A DNA stretch of 64,000 bases from the NCBI GenBank assembly GCA_053919585.1, contig CM132799.1; one strand, 5' to 3'. The translations under genes and the position numbers were made by a program. The notes beneath the pieces were generated by a model. The model did not search any database and was not told where the DNA came from. It saw nothing but the letters and a program-made list of their open reading frames with translations. Source of the DNA: Euprymna scolopes. Taxonomy: Eukaryota. Each line of letters begins with the position of its first letter. The stretch's first letter is position 1. Positions 39,650 to 53,299 of this stretch are shown here, in pieces.

Positions 39650-39920
39650 TTGCCAGTTTTAATTTATGACCGCTTAACACGTAATCACTGACGGAACAAA
39701 AACACGCTTCCCCCGTGACGTAAATAAAGGGTGGCTCTCGAAATTCCGTCCAAATTTTGAGTTCAACACAAACATTCCCGAGTTTAACAAGATACATCTG
39801 ACGAAGTTCGGAGGTTATATCGACCGAAACCTTATGGAAATCACACTTAAGATGAGAAGAGTAGTCCGATGAATTATAATACAAATCACCAATCCTCATC
39901 TCCAAAAATAAGAAATGTAA
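39650..39920 (+). mobile_element. Penelope-like pseudo-LTR fragment with a hammerhead motif
   Basis: CAT-CTGACGA-AGTTCGGAGGTTATATCGACC-GAAA-CCTT-ATG at 39795-39836. Confidence 0.6.
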
Positions 39921-40447
39921 TCACAGTTTTAAATTCACAAATTTAAAAAATTGCTACTCAGAAAAAATTCGCCCAGGTATTATACTCTGAACAAGTCTGA
40001 ACATAGCAGTACAATTACAACAATTCTATTACCGTTTCCAGTTATTTTTTTAAATTGTAGAATATGTTTTTCGTGTAACAGAAAGTACTGTTATTACTCT
40101 AACTATACCTGCAATATTAATTTACCCTCGTTGTTGTCGACTAACCGTAGGTATGCAACGAAAATCATTATATTCACAAGATATCGCAAGATTTGAAACG
40201 TAATATTTGTACAGTTATTAGCAGATTTAATATATCTTTAACATTCAGGCTCATATAAAAGATTTATACGGTAAAGTATTATAGACGAAAAAGTGAATTA
40301 GAAAAAGCACCATGATGTGTATATTCGCTTTTGAAATGTATATAATTCCGACACTCATTATCGATTAAGTTATAGTATTATGAATTATTGGTTACCCACA
40401 TATCCGTACCGTCGGTACATACAAATTCACAAAACAGAAAATGTATA

Positions 40448-41925
40448 CTAGCAGAACCCCTGGCAATTAAACGGTTGTAAAAGCTGTGAAAACACATCAG
40501 TAAGAAATTCCTTATTGTTATACAAATCTCAAGTCGTAGCACCATAATGTAAAGAAAAAAAAGTCGCGTTGACGGACCCCCTCTACCCGCCTATCCTCGA
40601 TCCACGCTAATAAAAAGGAAAGCCTGGGAGGATATTCTCATTAAAACAATCGTCAATCCATGTGAAAATAATTTCAAGTCATAACGCAATTACCACGATA
40701 CTTTGAAAGGGAATGACGTAATCGCCCTCTATCTACTTGCGTATCCAGCATTCAGTCTAATAAAAAGGAGGTATATAGCCTGGTAGGATATTCTTATTAA
40801 AACAATCGACAAACTATGTAAGCATAACCTCAAATTGTAACACACCTACCACTATAATTTGAAAGGGAATGAAATCATCACCCGATGGTTACTCCCGGCT
40901 TGTACTCGCCTATCTACCAACTACTCTAGTAGAAAAAAAAGTATAACGCTTGGGAGGATATTTTCATTAAAATAATCATCAATTCAAATGAGGATAATCT
41001 CAAATCGTAACACATCTAAAGTCTGAGAGAAGAGTCTCATTAAAACAATCATTTCAATTAAGGATAATTTCAAGGTGTAACCCACTCACCCCAATAATTT
41101 GAAGAAGAATTACGTCATTACCGGAAGTTTCCGCCTCTACTCCCGTATCCCTGATCCTCTCAAATACAAAGAAATCTATATAGCCTGGGAGGATATTCTA
41201 ATTAAAATAATCGGCAATCCACGAGAGAATAATCTCAAGACGTAACACACCTACCAAAAAGTATGAACGAAAACTACGTCATCACCGGAAGAAAACTTCT
41301 GTCCTTTACTCGGTTATATGCCAGCTACTCTAATATAAATAGTAGTTATAAAGCCTAGGAGGATATTCTCATTAAAACAATCATCAATACACAATAACCA
41401 CCATAATTTGAAAGGGAATGACTTCATCACTGGAATTAATCCCCGCACTTCACTCGACTATTCATCGGTTACTCTAATAAAAAGAAAGGTATTAAGCTTG
41501 GGATGATATTCTCATTAAAAAGTCCTCAATGAAAATGAGGACAATCTCAGGTCGTAACACACCTACCATCGTAATTACAACAGGAATTATGTCAGCACAA
41601 GCAGTTGACCCAACCCCCTCCACTCGGCTGCACCTTATCCACTATAATGAGAAGGATAATGTAAATCTCAGTAGGAAATTCTCATTCAAACAATCGTCCA
41701 TCCATGTTAGGATAATCTCAAGTCGTAACACATCTACTACCATAAGTTTAAAAGGAATGACCTCATCACCCGATTTAAAACATCTCCACTACTTGCCTAT
41801 CTCTCATCAACTCTTATTAAAAGAAAGTTATTAAGCCTGAGGGATATTCTCATAAAAAACGTCAATCCAGGTGAAGATAATCTTAATTCCTAACACACCA
41901 ACAACCATAATTTGAAAATAAATAT
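40448..41925 (-). mobile_element. Helitron-like element carrying a ~150-170-bp tandem repeat array (~9 units)
   Basis: A|CTAGCAGAACCCCTGGCAATTAAACGG at 40448 is a reverse-oriented Helitron-like 3' end. The anchor AGCCTGGGAGGATATTCTCATTAAAACAATC recurs at ~40621, 40777, 40948, 41022 (partial), 41182, 41352, 41495, 41668 and 41834. Confidence 0.75.
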
Positions 41926-41926
41926 A

Positions 41927-41975
<49 letters not shown>

Positions 41976-42199
41976 AAATGGTATGAAATATTTCTGAAAC
42001 AGACAGTATGCAGGGGTTTTACACAGTGATCAGCTCTTATCAAGGCCCGGAAGCCACCCAGGGATAAGGTTTTGTGATACAACGTCGGCGGGTATCTATA
42101 TTTAAAACTTAAATGTAAAAAAAAAAAGTTACCACCATTTAAGTTGTAATACAGCTACAAGCATGAAATATTTACGCATATTAGATTACTATTGCAGTT

Positions 42200-42372
42200 G
42201 TTGACGATACGAGACAGTAAAAAACTTAATCCCGACCATAGGCCTGTGTCACAAGTAGTGATGATACATGAAATTATTACACGAGGGAAAAATTCAACCG
42301 ATATACATTCATCGGCACCGAAAGTTTACTAATTCGACGCAGTTGTCTGAGAACCGCTGGGAAATGTGTGTG
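42200..42372. repeat. Dispersed repeat; second copy at ~44875-45052
   Basis: Shared GGCCT(G/A)TGT...ATACATG..ATTATTACACG(A/G)GGGAAAATT(C/A)AACCGATA...GCTGGGAAATG. Confidence 0.75.
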
Positions 42373-42388
42373 TTGCAATATTTTGGAC

Positions 42389-43010
42389 TTATAATGGGGT
42401 ACTTATTTAATTGCCGCCCACAACGGCAATATTTGGCACAAGGCCTGGGACGTGGGAACCCCGCAGGCTCCCCTAAAAGAGGGGCACTCCTGCAATTTTA
42501 AAAATTGCCTGAGTAACGCCGTCGGCATTCCCCGGTCGAGCGCCTCAGGCAGCAAGCAATAAACCTGCCCCACCGGAAAGCCCGGTAGCAAGGCCTGGGA
42601 GGGTGGGCCTCCTAGGTATTACCCAGGCGGTGTACCTCAGTCCAACAGGTGCTGGGCTGGTTCCCGGGCCCTCGCCTGTGGGCCTGAGTGTCAAGTGACG
42701 AATCCTTGACGTACTACCCTGTCTTCCGGCAGCCGAAGCCCCTAGGAGACACATCCCATCATAAAATATTTATAATGGGGTAGTTATTTAATTTCCGCCC
42801 ACATCGGCAATATTTGGCACAAGGCCTGGAAAGTTGGAACCCCGCAGGCTCCCCTAAAGGAGGGACACTCCCGCAATTTTAAAAATTGCCTGAGTAACCC
42901 CGTCGGCATTCCTTGGTCGGGGCGCCTCAAGCAGCAAGCAATAAACTTGCCCCACCGGAAAGCCCGGTGGCAAAACCTGGGATGGTGGACCTCCTAGGTA
43001 TTACCCAGAC
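42389..43010. repeat. GC-rich structured 381-bp unit in ~1.6 tandem copies
   Basis: Copy 1 is 42389-42769 and copy 2 is 42770-43010 (partial). Many hairpins. The unit ends TTATAATGGG/CCCATCATAA are inverted. Confidence 0.9.
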
Positions 43011-43875
43011 CAATTCACATGATGATTAAAAAAATAGGGACTATCATAACCAGGTTTCGTTCTTCGCTAAACAAAACTAAGTCGAGGAAGATTAAGTTAA
43101 ATAAAAAAAGGCATATTGTCGTGCATTTTCAAAGATGTCCTCCCTCCACCTTCAATAATTCTATTATTTATTTATTCAAATGTTGTTGCAGTGCGCACTA
43201 CTTTCGGTTGGCATCGCACAGATTGTATTTTTGTTTAAAAAACAACGTACCATCAAAGATCCGTTATGCGAATTTTTCACCTCCGTTGTTCTGAGTACTA
43301 CATAAATTCTTGGATTTGAGAGCTCCTTAAAAATACCCATGCGCGTTGTATACATTTCAGGGCTGACCTGTTTACGATTTGGAGTAAGGCACACTCACCC
43401 TTTCATCTAAAAATTCTAGAAACTATTGTTTTTGAGTCCTTGAGACTTTCTCTTGGCCAACAAAAATATATCTCTGAGGATTAATCTTATTACTATATAT
43501 TTTCCCATGATTATTTTTCGTTTATTTATTTATTGTTTATCCTGCACCATATTAATAACCTTTTTAATAATCGTAATTTGCCTCGATTTAGCTCTGTTTG
43601 ACAAGGAATTAAACCTGGTTAGTAAGCATTTGTTTTTATTTATTTCTATTTCTGTATTCATTATTTTAATGTGATCTATACTTAGACATAATTCAANNNN
43701 NNNNNNNNNNNNNNNNNNNNNNNNNNNNNNNNNNNNNNNNNNNNNNNNNNNNNNNNNNNNNNNNNNNNNNNNNNNNNNNNNNNNNNNNNNNNNNNNNNNN
43801 NNNNNNNNNNNNNNNNNNNNNNNNNNNNNNNNNNNNNCGGACTAGAGTGCTCGATATGTAACCAGAACAGTATAT

Positions 43876-44677
43876 CGGAAATTTATTACTGTGAGTTCAG
43901 AATGAGTTTACATAATGTTTCAGCTAGGAGGAAATCCTCTAAAGAAGAGGAAATATCCGACTAGCTTCGTAAAAATTCATAGATGGACTGAGTTATTATA
44001 CCAAATATGATTGGAAAATCGTAGCAAATGAAGGGTAGTTAGATAAGAAGGGGGTGGAAGGGAGAGGGCGTTGGAATTTAAAGTAGTAGGAAGATATATA
44101 ATAAGAGGGGGTTATTATTAAATGTTAATAATGTGTTAATGTTTATATACGCTCTTCTAGTTTATAACGGTTTAAAATTAATAGATGCTATNNNNNNNNN
44201 NNNNNNNNNNNNNNNNNNNNNNNNNNNNNNNNNNNNNNNNNNNNNNNNNNNNNNNNNNNNNNNNNNNNNNNNNNNNNNNNNNNNNNNNNNNNNNNNNNNN
44301 NNNNNNNNNNNNNNNNNNNNNNNNNNNNNNNNNNNNTGAAATTTCTTTTTTGTTTTTTACGTATTATTTATAAAGTTTTTAATTGTCGGACGTTGTAGTT
44401 GAGAGAAAGAATGAAAGAAGGGAAAATAGGAGTGTAAATTGATGAATTATACGTTACAGGTTTATTTTGATAATATAAAAATAGGTAAGGATATCAGAAA
44501 GTTAATCAAATAATAAATTAATACAATTATTAAGGGCATGTTTATAATTAAATAACACATACACCCACAAAGTCCATCTATGAATTCGCACGAAGCTAGT
44601 CGGATATTTCCTCTTCTTTTGAGGATTTCGCCCTAGCTTAAACAATGTGTAAACTCATTCTGCACTCACAGCAATAA

Positions 44678-44684
<7 letters not shown>
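43876..44684. mobile_element. Element with ~110-bp inverted terminal repeats, probably Penelope-like
   Basis: 43878-43989 is the imperfect reverse complement of 44570-44682. The interior contains an N-gap. Confidence 0.6.
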
Positions 44685-44749
<65 letters not shown>

Positions 44750-45182
44750 TTGCGTTTTAATTGTATTTTTTAAATTTTTATCCATCTTAACAGATCAGAG
44801 GAGATCGCAATTTGCATTTCATGGTTACTGACAATTCGCATCCATTATGTGATAGTTGTACGCTGTCTTGCAGATGTCGATGATATGACACAGTGACAAA
44901 TAATTTACCCCCGTCAGAGGCCTATGTTTCAAGCAGAGACAATACATGTCATTATTACACGGGGGAAAATTAAACCGATAATCATTCCTCGGGTCCGTAC
45001 ATTTACGAACTCGATGCAGTTAATCTGAGTACAGCTGGGAAATGCGTCTGTCAAATTCAAAATGGATGCATAATTACAGCCAGTAATGCGTTGCTAGCAA
45101 GAATGCATTTGTAATGAAAATTACTATGTAGAATAATGAATCCTTGATCATTGATTGGTTAAAGGTTTTTATGGAATGGCTC

Positions 45183-45253
<71 letters not shown>

Positions 45254-45379
45254 GTATACATATATATATATATATTGCGTATTTAGGGAAACTGTTTTTA
45301 TTTAAACATTGTTGAAAAACAGTAAACGTTTTTATTTATACATTGTTGAAAAGCAGTGGGTGTTTTAACTTAGTCATTT

Positions 45380-46000
45380 TTTTGTAATTTATCTATTATA
45401 TATAATATATGAATGCCAACAGACCGGAAATCCAAACTTGAGATTCTCTTTTATTTGGCTCATAAATTAGAAATATTTGGACTCGGAATTCTAAAGTCGG
45501 ATTTTTTGCTTGCAAGGTGAGTACCATGCCATGATCAAGCAAAACAAGGCGACATCTTTCAATGGCGTGTCCATTCCTCGTCCGACACATATGTTGTAGT
45601 CACTTTATCAGTGCTATTAAAGCCGATATCTCACACGTCGATTGTATCAACACCCCCGTTTTTTTTTTTTTTTTTGATGAAGCATGGCTATTTCATAGAA
45701 TAATTTCACCGCTATTTTTGGTTTATCTCTTGGCAAATCGGATTTCATCTAGGCCGGCAGAGTAGGTAGCAGACGACTCGACTTCCATGCAAATTGTTGG
45801 GGTTCGACTTTGGATTTGTCCACATATTTGGCCTAATCCCCTGGTTAATTTGAACTTGGGATACCTTTATATTTGGGCTTCATGGCTCATTTTAGCATGC
45901 TGCATATTCTACAATTCATCTATCCGCTTTATTAGCTTGCTGGATTTCATCGTCTGATGAGTGTAAGAAAATATCATACTTGTTAGCCATCAGCTTCATT
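45380..46000 (-). mobile_element. Probable internally deleted piggyBac-like relic
   Basis: Minus strand MANKYDIFLHSSDDEIQQA (acidic N-terminus) and GGVDTID at ~45638-45658. Confidence 0.4.
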
Positions 46001-46974
46001 TCTGATTGGTTAGATTACTAGACGCATTTGAGACATATATGTTCAACTTTCCCTATACACATTAAGAATAGTTTCTTTAAAAAAATACCAGCATTGTGAT
46101 ATAGATGCATAAGTACCGCCTTATACTGTGAATTGAAAAAAAAAAGTATTTTGCATAGACCCCACAAACGAAATAAAATGTTTATAAATGCTAATGCATT
46201 TTAAATATTTGGTTATGTTCGTGACGCTTATTTGCTGAACTGACATTCAATTGCACTTGTTTATGTTGTTATAACACCAAGGGATTATTTACTTTTTAAA
46301 ATCTGATAAAACGCGTAAATGAATTTATTTACTGACGGGGTATTTACTTATAAAACATCACTCTTGCTTAAATACAATTACACGCGAAACTATTCAAATT
46401 TGGACAAAAAATAATAAGGCAACTGAACATCGTTTGTATTCGTTTTTATTTCGCTACATAGCTGGTTTGTTCTTTTTGTATTGACTGTATAACAAGTAGT
46501 CCTTGTAAGTTATGTGGTTTTTTCTTGTCTTACACGGTAATCACGTGATTAACATTTCTCAATAGCTATAGCAGACAATAGTGACGAAGACATCTATTGC
46601 ATCAGTTAGAACATTCTTCTGTTTTCGAAGGGCGAAAATTACGTTTGTATTTATTCTACTATGACTAAAATTCCATTTAAATGTAAACAATGCAATGAAT
46701 CCTTACGCAACGAAGAACTAATTGATATTAAACATTTTAAATGAGATTTTAATATTATTGTTTTTGGAAAAGTGAATTTGAGACGCCGAAAGCGAACACA
46801 GTTTTTTTGTTTATAAGTACTTATGAACGTTGCGCTCTTTGCGAAATGCAGAATATGACTTTTTACTATGCATAAAACTAGTATTTCATTTAAAAATTCT
46901 ATTTAAATATTGGCACGGTACAACAAGTCCATAGGCAACAAGAACATATTTGATAAAAAAATAACAGGGATGGA

Positions 46975-47502
46975 TTTTGTTTACATAGGCATCACCACAT
47001 ATCAAGGCCAAGAAACCACTCGACGATAAGGGTTAAAGAGTGTACAATAGAAATTGGAAAATATAGTAATCGTTAGTAATGGAAAATCGGTAAATTTGTA
47101 AACTTACATTGTTTACGGTAGACTTGAGGACAAACATATTGTAGTCAGCTGGAAAGCAGGAAAACGGAAGACAATTCCATAGGCGTGCAGTTCAAAGACC
47201 GAAGCTTTGTTCATGAAATCTACGTTTAGGTTTAGGCACAGATAAAGAGTGTGGGTAATTATCCATAGTGTTTTCTGCTAGACGGATGTTTTTTGGGGGA
47301 AGGTTTGGCGAGAGGTGGCCATAGATTGGCGCTCAGTCGAGCATTTGCTATGATGATAACGATAACACAGAGCTATAATCGCAACATTGTTTCTGCGAGA
47401 AAGAAAGTGCAGGGAAGTGAGAAATACATCCCCTACGAGGCTACAAATCTAATTTGAACTCTATAAAGGCAGGATAATTCCTATCTAGCAGATGTGCCCA
47501 TA
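46975..47502 (-). mobile_element. 3' end of CR1/Jockey-group LINE (same family as 61562-63830)
   Basis: High similarity to 61562-62100, e.g. GATAAGGGTTAAAGAGTGTA...CAGCTGGAAAGCAGGAAAACG...AGGCGTGCAG. Confidence 0.85.
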
Positions 47503-50500
47503 ATACTCTTTTTTAATGTTATTTGTGTAAAAATACATTTAGAACACTGAGAATGTACCCACTTTCTTTCGATGTGTTATAAACCAATTCCCTTTTTTAC
47601 CTTTTTATTGCTTATACGGCCCAGGCCACGTCGGACACTCATGTTTGTTTATACATGAATAGAGCGTATTTTTCGTCACGCATGTAAATAACACTGAATT
47701 GATGTTCTTTTTTTTCAAATATAACGTCAAATTCGCTCTAGACAATCAATGGTCGATCTAACTTCACTGTAATCTTGTTTACACTAACAGAATAATGTTA
47801 ACTCTCATCTCAATAAAGAAACACGTATGCTAGCATTTTATTAAATACAAGTGTGTGCCCCTTGATTTAGCAGTATAGATAATCAACACTATTAACACTT
47901 TTTTCATATAATATCTAATTCAAAAAGCTACATAAAAGTCTATTAGTGATCTCGTGAGTTGGATAAAAATAGAACAGTCTAAAGTTTGAAAAAATATGTT
48001 TAAAGTACCAGAATTTTATTATTAAAGGGAACGTTCCGAGAATAAGTTTCAAAACATTTGTACTAGAAAATTCAAATATATAGTTCATACCGACGCACCC
48101 CTGTGATTATTTCATCCTCAAAGATATTCGATGTCAATTAGAGAAGTTTTCTGCCCGTAGTGAGCACCCCTCTCTTCAAGAATATATAGTTGATACTTTC
48201 TGATTTAGCCGAAATGTGTTCACGTTTTTCGTATTTTCATCAGTATTTAGCTTTTTTGCATTGAAACCTTTCGTCAAATATAGGAAAATCACACAAAAAA
48301 GGAAAACACATGGATGATACTATGCAAAACGTATTTAACCCGTTTAGCAATGGCGTAAACCGAATTAGTTCATCGCAGAGATTTGTTTTTGGCTGAAACA
48401 CAGCATATAGAGAATCGAATTGTCTGTCCTTTTCTTAAACACGCGTCAACATCGACGTCATCCCCATCCAACCTAACATTTAATTGTCTATAAGAGATTG
48501 CCGAGAGACAACAACGCGTTATACTTTACTTATGTTTTATCAGGTTATATTCATTATAAATTTATTCTTCTCGTTTCTGGCTCCATGTTTCTATTCGCTA
48601 GTTTAGTTTTTATTTCTTTGCAACGCTAATTTTATTTTTATAACTTTTGGTTTCTCTTTGTCATCAGTTCTCGTATTGTTGAAAACTCTGACATATTTGT
48701 AATGCATAATACATTTTGTTATATGTACGTACATATCGAATTACTTGTCTTGTAAAATATTATTTAAGGCATAATCAAGAAACGGCCAAGTCTCTGTGAA
48801 AAAAATAATTGTTTCATCGTCAGATCGGTATGTGTTTTTTTATCATTGAACGAACAGATATATAACAGGTGTATAACATGCGCATTGAATATGTGTGATT
48901 TACTTTTAACCGTTCGATTCAACTAGAAAATACGTGAATAAGTTAGTAAATAATGAGATTTGAATTTAACTTTTATTATTAAACATGCAAATGGGATTGT
49001 TGTATTTTGTTATGCATCGACGTACCAAAGATTTTTTTCAACGTGACGAACTTTAAATTGAGAACTCAATTGTTTTAATTTTAAATTTGGCAATTAACGG
49101 TAATTTTGAATTCAGTTAGTTTTATAATTCATGATGAAGGGAATACCACGCACCCGGCCTATGTGCATTGCAAATTATATGATCTATTTATTGAGGGAAA
49201 TAATTGATGAAGTAATAATGGACTAATCCACTAATCACATATCTCCTGCTACTGTTACATTATTAGAATATTTTAATTAGGTGTATGTAAATATGTTTTC
49301 TACGCTGATAATTCGGAAACAAAACACAACTTTCAGGATAGAATGTTAGGAGTTTATGCTGAAATACAGAAATGTTACAAGATTTTTAAAATTGAACCAA
49401 AAAAATAGGGTGCCCCTACCAAAAACATGCGGACTCGTATTTTAAGTCATTCATTATTTTGCTGTATTCCTACGACGGTACCAGAAAACGTGTGATTCCA
49501 AAAGGTTTATATTTTGTGACACGGTTATTGTGCGACGGCTATGTTATAAATATGTATTTTGTTTGCCAGGATTAAGACTTTTTAACAAAAGACGATCAAA
49601 TACAGAAAAATGAAAGATCATTCAAGGAATTCGCAATTTACTGACTTAATAACAAACCAGCAGATAGTTGAAGTTTATAAAACAATAATATTACACCAGT
49701 CAGCGTATCAAGTATTTGTTTTTTCTTATTTTATTGACTGCTAGCATAATTTAATTTCTCTCGCATTCTCATATTTTTATCGAGTATGTGTTTTTTATTA
49801 CGGTTTGGTTTTGCATTATCATAAGTGATAGTGATTTACGCTGACTTTAAAATGGAAAATAGTCCGGGTTTTTTTTTTTTTTTTAGATTTTAATTTGTAA
49901 TGAACACTTTGATTTCAACAAATATTTGTAAATTTGATTTTTTACCCTAGCCTTAAATGCAAAATATCTACATTTTTGAGTTTTAAACTTTGAAAAATAT
50001 CTCCTGGTTGCAAGACTAAATATTTTAGCAATAATAACGCGTGAAAAATACATTGTATAAAGTGTTTAGAAAAAGTATTATTCTTATTTTTGTTCTAAAC
50101 TTATTGATTGTTTATAATGCATCCTTCCAATTAGAAAAGAGTAATTAATTATGAAGACATTGTATTTTTTTATTTTTACTTTTCAATAAGAAACTGAAAC
50201 GAAACACCACGCTCATTCTTAGCAATGATTATTCTAGGCGACTTATAATCAATGTTTTTTGAGAAGTTTTTTTTACCGTGTCTTGCGTTTTTATTTATCC
50301 GCATTTTGTTAATTAGATTCGTAAAAAATATTGTAAACGGTAATATTAAGGTTTTGCGTTATTTAAATGTTTTAATAGATGACAAGCAAAAAAGTACGAC
50401 ACGTGTAATAAAATATATTTTAATGAAAATATTTGTTATGACAATAGCCTTATAATGTGCATTTTCGCTGTGGTAGAAGGTTATACCAACAAAATATTAG

Positions 50501-53299
50501 TAGTGCTCACAGTTATCACTTAGAGAGATAAAGAATATAAATAACTTTCCTATAGACGGCGCGACATTTTTCTGAGAGAATTCGGACAAGTGGCTAAATT
50601 TCATATTTATTAATAGCGAGAATATAACGCGTTTTTGAGAATGGTTCTACATATCAAATAAGAGATAAAAGTAGAAATTAGATAAACTGCGAGCGGTTTG
50701 AAAGTGCTCGAATTAAATAATAATATGATATTGTATTGTGACACGAAATAGGGAAATACACTAATTTTTATGTAATATCGATATCAGAATTATTATGAGG
50801 GTAAAGATATATCTGACCCGGTTGGTAAAATAGCAACCGTATTTGTATCAATTGAAGTCGTCAAAATAACTGAAAACTTTGTAGACCCAAATATGCTGAC
50901 ATTGTCTTAAATAATCTTGTACTCAGGGACTGAGTGTTAAGATAAAGTTAGTCAGTGGGCTTAAAACTTAGTTAGATTATGCAGTCGACAGAGTCATAAA
51001 TCCTTGCAAAGGGTTATGTTAACTAGTTTAGTCAAATATCTCAAGAAGTAAATTTAATAAAAAGAAATCTATGTTAACGTAGGATGTAAACATCTCTCAA
51101 ATGAGCAATGGTATACATTAATGTTATGGCTGACTAGATCGCTGCAGAGAATCGAGAGTTGATGCAATAGAGGGAAGAGAAAACAGCTGCACAAAAACAC
51201 ACCACACAAATCAAATTTGTATTAATGTATCTTGGAAAATAATTACCAACATAACATAGATGTTATGAAAGATGTAAAAAACACAATACGCAGGCTTTAC
51301 TAATAAAATAAAACTATACTGTTTAAGTTCTATTAATTTTCACTTGTGACAAATGAAATCATATTCAACTTAAATCTGTTTTGCGTGTGTCTAAATGTAA
51401 CTGATTAAAATATTTTTAAACATTTGAAACTGTATGCTTGCACAACCAAGCTAGAAATATTAAACACTGCTTCAGTTAAAATTCTGAAAATATAAAAATG
51501 AAAAAATGTATACATTATTTCAATTTATACAGTTTACGGAAAATGATTCCTTTTCAACTTGGAAAATCTTTGCCTTTGTGTTGCGTACGGGGAACACAGA
51601 AGAGAGGGTAGATGTTACTAATATAGAAGAGTAGATCAATGTAACGTATAGGAAAATATGCGCATATATGTGAGATGAAGGATATTTGTTTCATTGTATT
51701 TTCTACTTAAGAGTGGGTGTTTATAATGGGAACCCATAAGGGAGTGTCATTTTCTTTGTGTTGTGGATGATAAGATAAAATTACCTATCTAGGTTTAAAA
51801 GACAACCATGAAGATCAGGTTAAAAGAGCAAAAATAATATATTTATTATTCACGGGTGTAATACATTTTTCAGAAGCACAAATGCACAGTTACTACATGA
51901 TGACGCTTTTACTTGATGCCGCTTCAAAGCAAACCCCTCTTTCGATCCTTGTATCTCAACTCCCAATACCTTAACTCTATATGACTTAAACTTAATTTCT
52001 GCGACGTCACTCATCACGCTCGAAAACATGTTAATAACAATTCATGCTTTTGCCAGATAACAAGTTCATATATTTTCGAATTACTTACTAATTTGTTTTT
52101 TTTAACTTCAACCATTACTAAAAAAGCGTCCTTGACTTAAACCCCAATAAGAGTAACAACCAAAATTTCAATATCCGTAAAATATAATTTGCGAAATACA
52201 ATTTCTGAATTTACAATACATTTTCAATTTTTATTCTATAATAATCTTCTATTATTCTTTTCGGTGTTTTCTGATACCTAACAATCTCACATTTAAATAT
52301 GGTGTATGATCAAAATGCAAGCGAAGACCAAGAGACGTGCGTGTTACAGCATCATGACGGATATGTTCGGCGCTAGACTCATATTTTTAAACGCATTCCA
52401 ATTTGCTCTTGTTGAATACGGTGTCTGCATGCCAAATATGTAATCCCGACGGAAAAGACATTCGTAGTTACGTAATAACTTCCAATCACGTTGTTGATAT
52501 GAAACATGATGGCTTGCCAAAGGTTGAGATGTAGTCTGTTTAGATGTAATGACTAACAATAATTATGATTGATGGTTTTTTACATATGCAATACTAGTAT
52601 ATGTATGAATACCAAATGTTTATAATTATCTCAAAATATATCGCCCCCATTCCACTCTTTCTTCCTCGTTTACATTNNNNNNNNNNNNNNNNNNNNNNNN
52701 NNNNNNNNNNNNNNNNNNNNNNNNNNNNNNNNNNNNNNNNNNNNNNNNNNNNNNNNNNNNNNNNNNNNNNNNNNNNNNNNNNNNNNNNNNNNNNNNNNNN
52801 NNNNNNNNNNNNNNNTTGTACTATTCTATCCAAATGTATCAGACGGGATTGCAAATGAAGTTTTATAATGTTTATTCATGGATGGGATGTTTCATGTCTT
52901 TATTTTAGATATTGATATTAGCTGCGACTGCCAATTTAATATATAACCGATGTCATACACGGCACTTAGATGCGTGAATTTGTCTTGGAATTCAGGAAGA
53001 AAAATACAGAATTTAGTATGGTTGCCACTATGTACAAAAATAGATTTGGGAGCTATAATTATCGTTCGGTAAATAATGCCGTTAGTGAAGCCTTTATACA
53101 GCTTTGGTTATATTTTATCATAATACTAAAACCCTACATCTGTTGGTTACACATTTTAACCACATGACGTCAAATAACCATGAGCATAACTAAGTGTGAA
53201 CTAAGCTTTAGTGCCGATGTGCATACATTTTAGAAGTCATTTACGTTTTTTTCTATATAGCTATGAACTAAGTTTTTATATTGTTCTCACCTTGATATT

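Noticed and set aside
40560-41925. CRISPR-like array of conserved blocks with variable intervals
   Set aside because: The whole unit is homologous between copies, so there are no unique spacers. The repeats are degenerate, the context is eukaryotic, and there are no cas genes.
42555-42640. Twister- or HDV-like ribozyme within the GC-rich unit
   Set aside because: The resemblance is partial. CCGG-AAAGC-CCGG lacks the UCCC pseudoknot loop of twister. GCC-UCC..GGU has a short L3, an extra insert before P1', and no clear J4/2-P2 of HDV.
48336-50450. piggyBac element starting TTAA|CCCGTTT
   Set aside because: I could not find a matching right TIR or a convincing transposase motif by eye.
52909-53067. 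Further exon of the candidate host gene (TTTATTTTAG acceptor, GTAAAT donor)
   Set aside because: All three frames contain stops.
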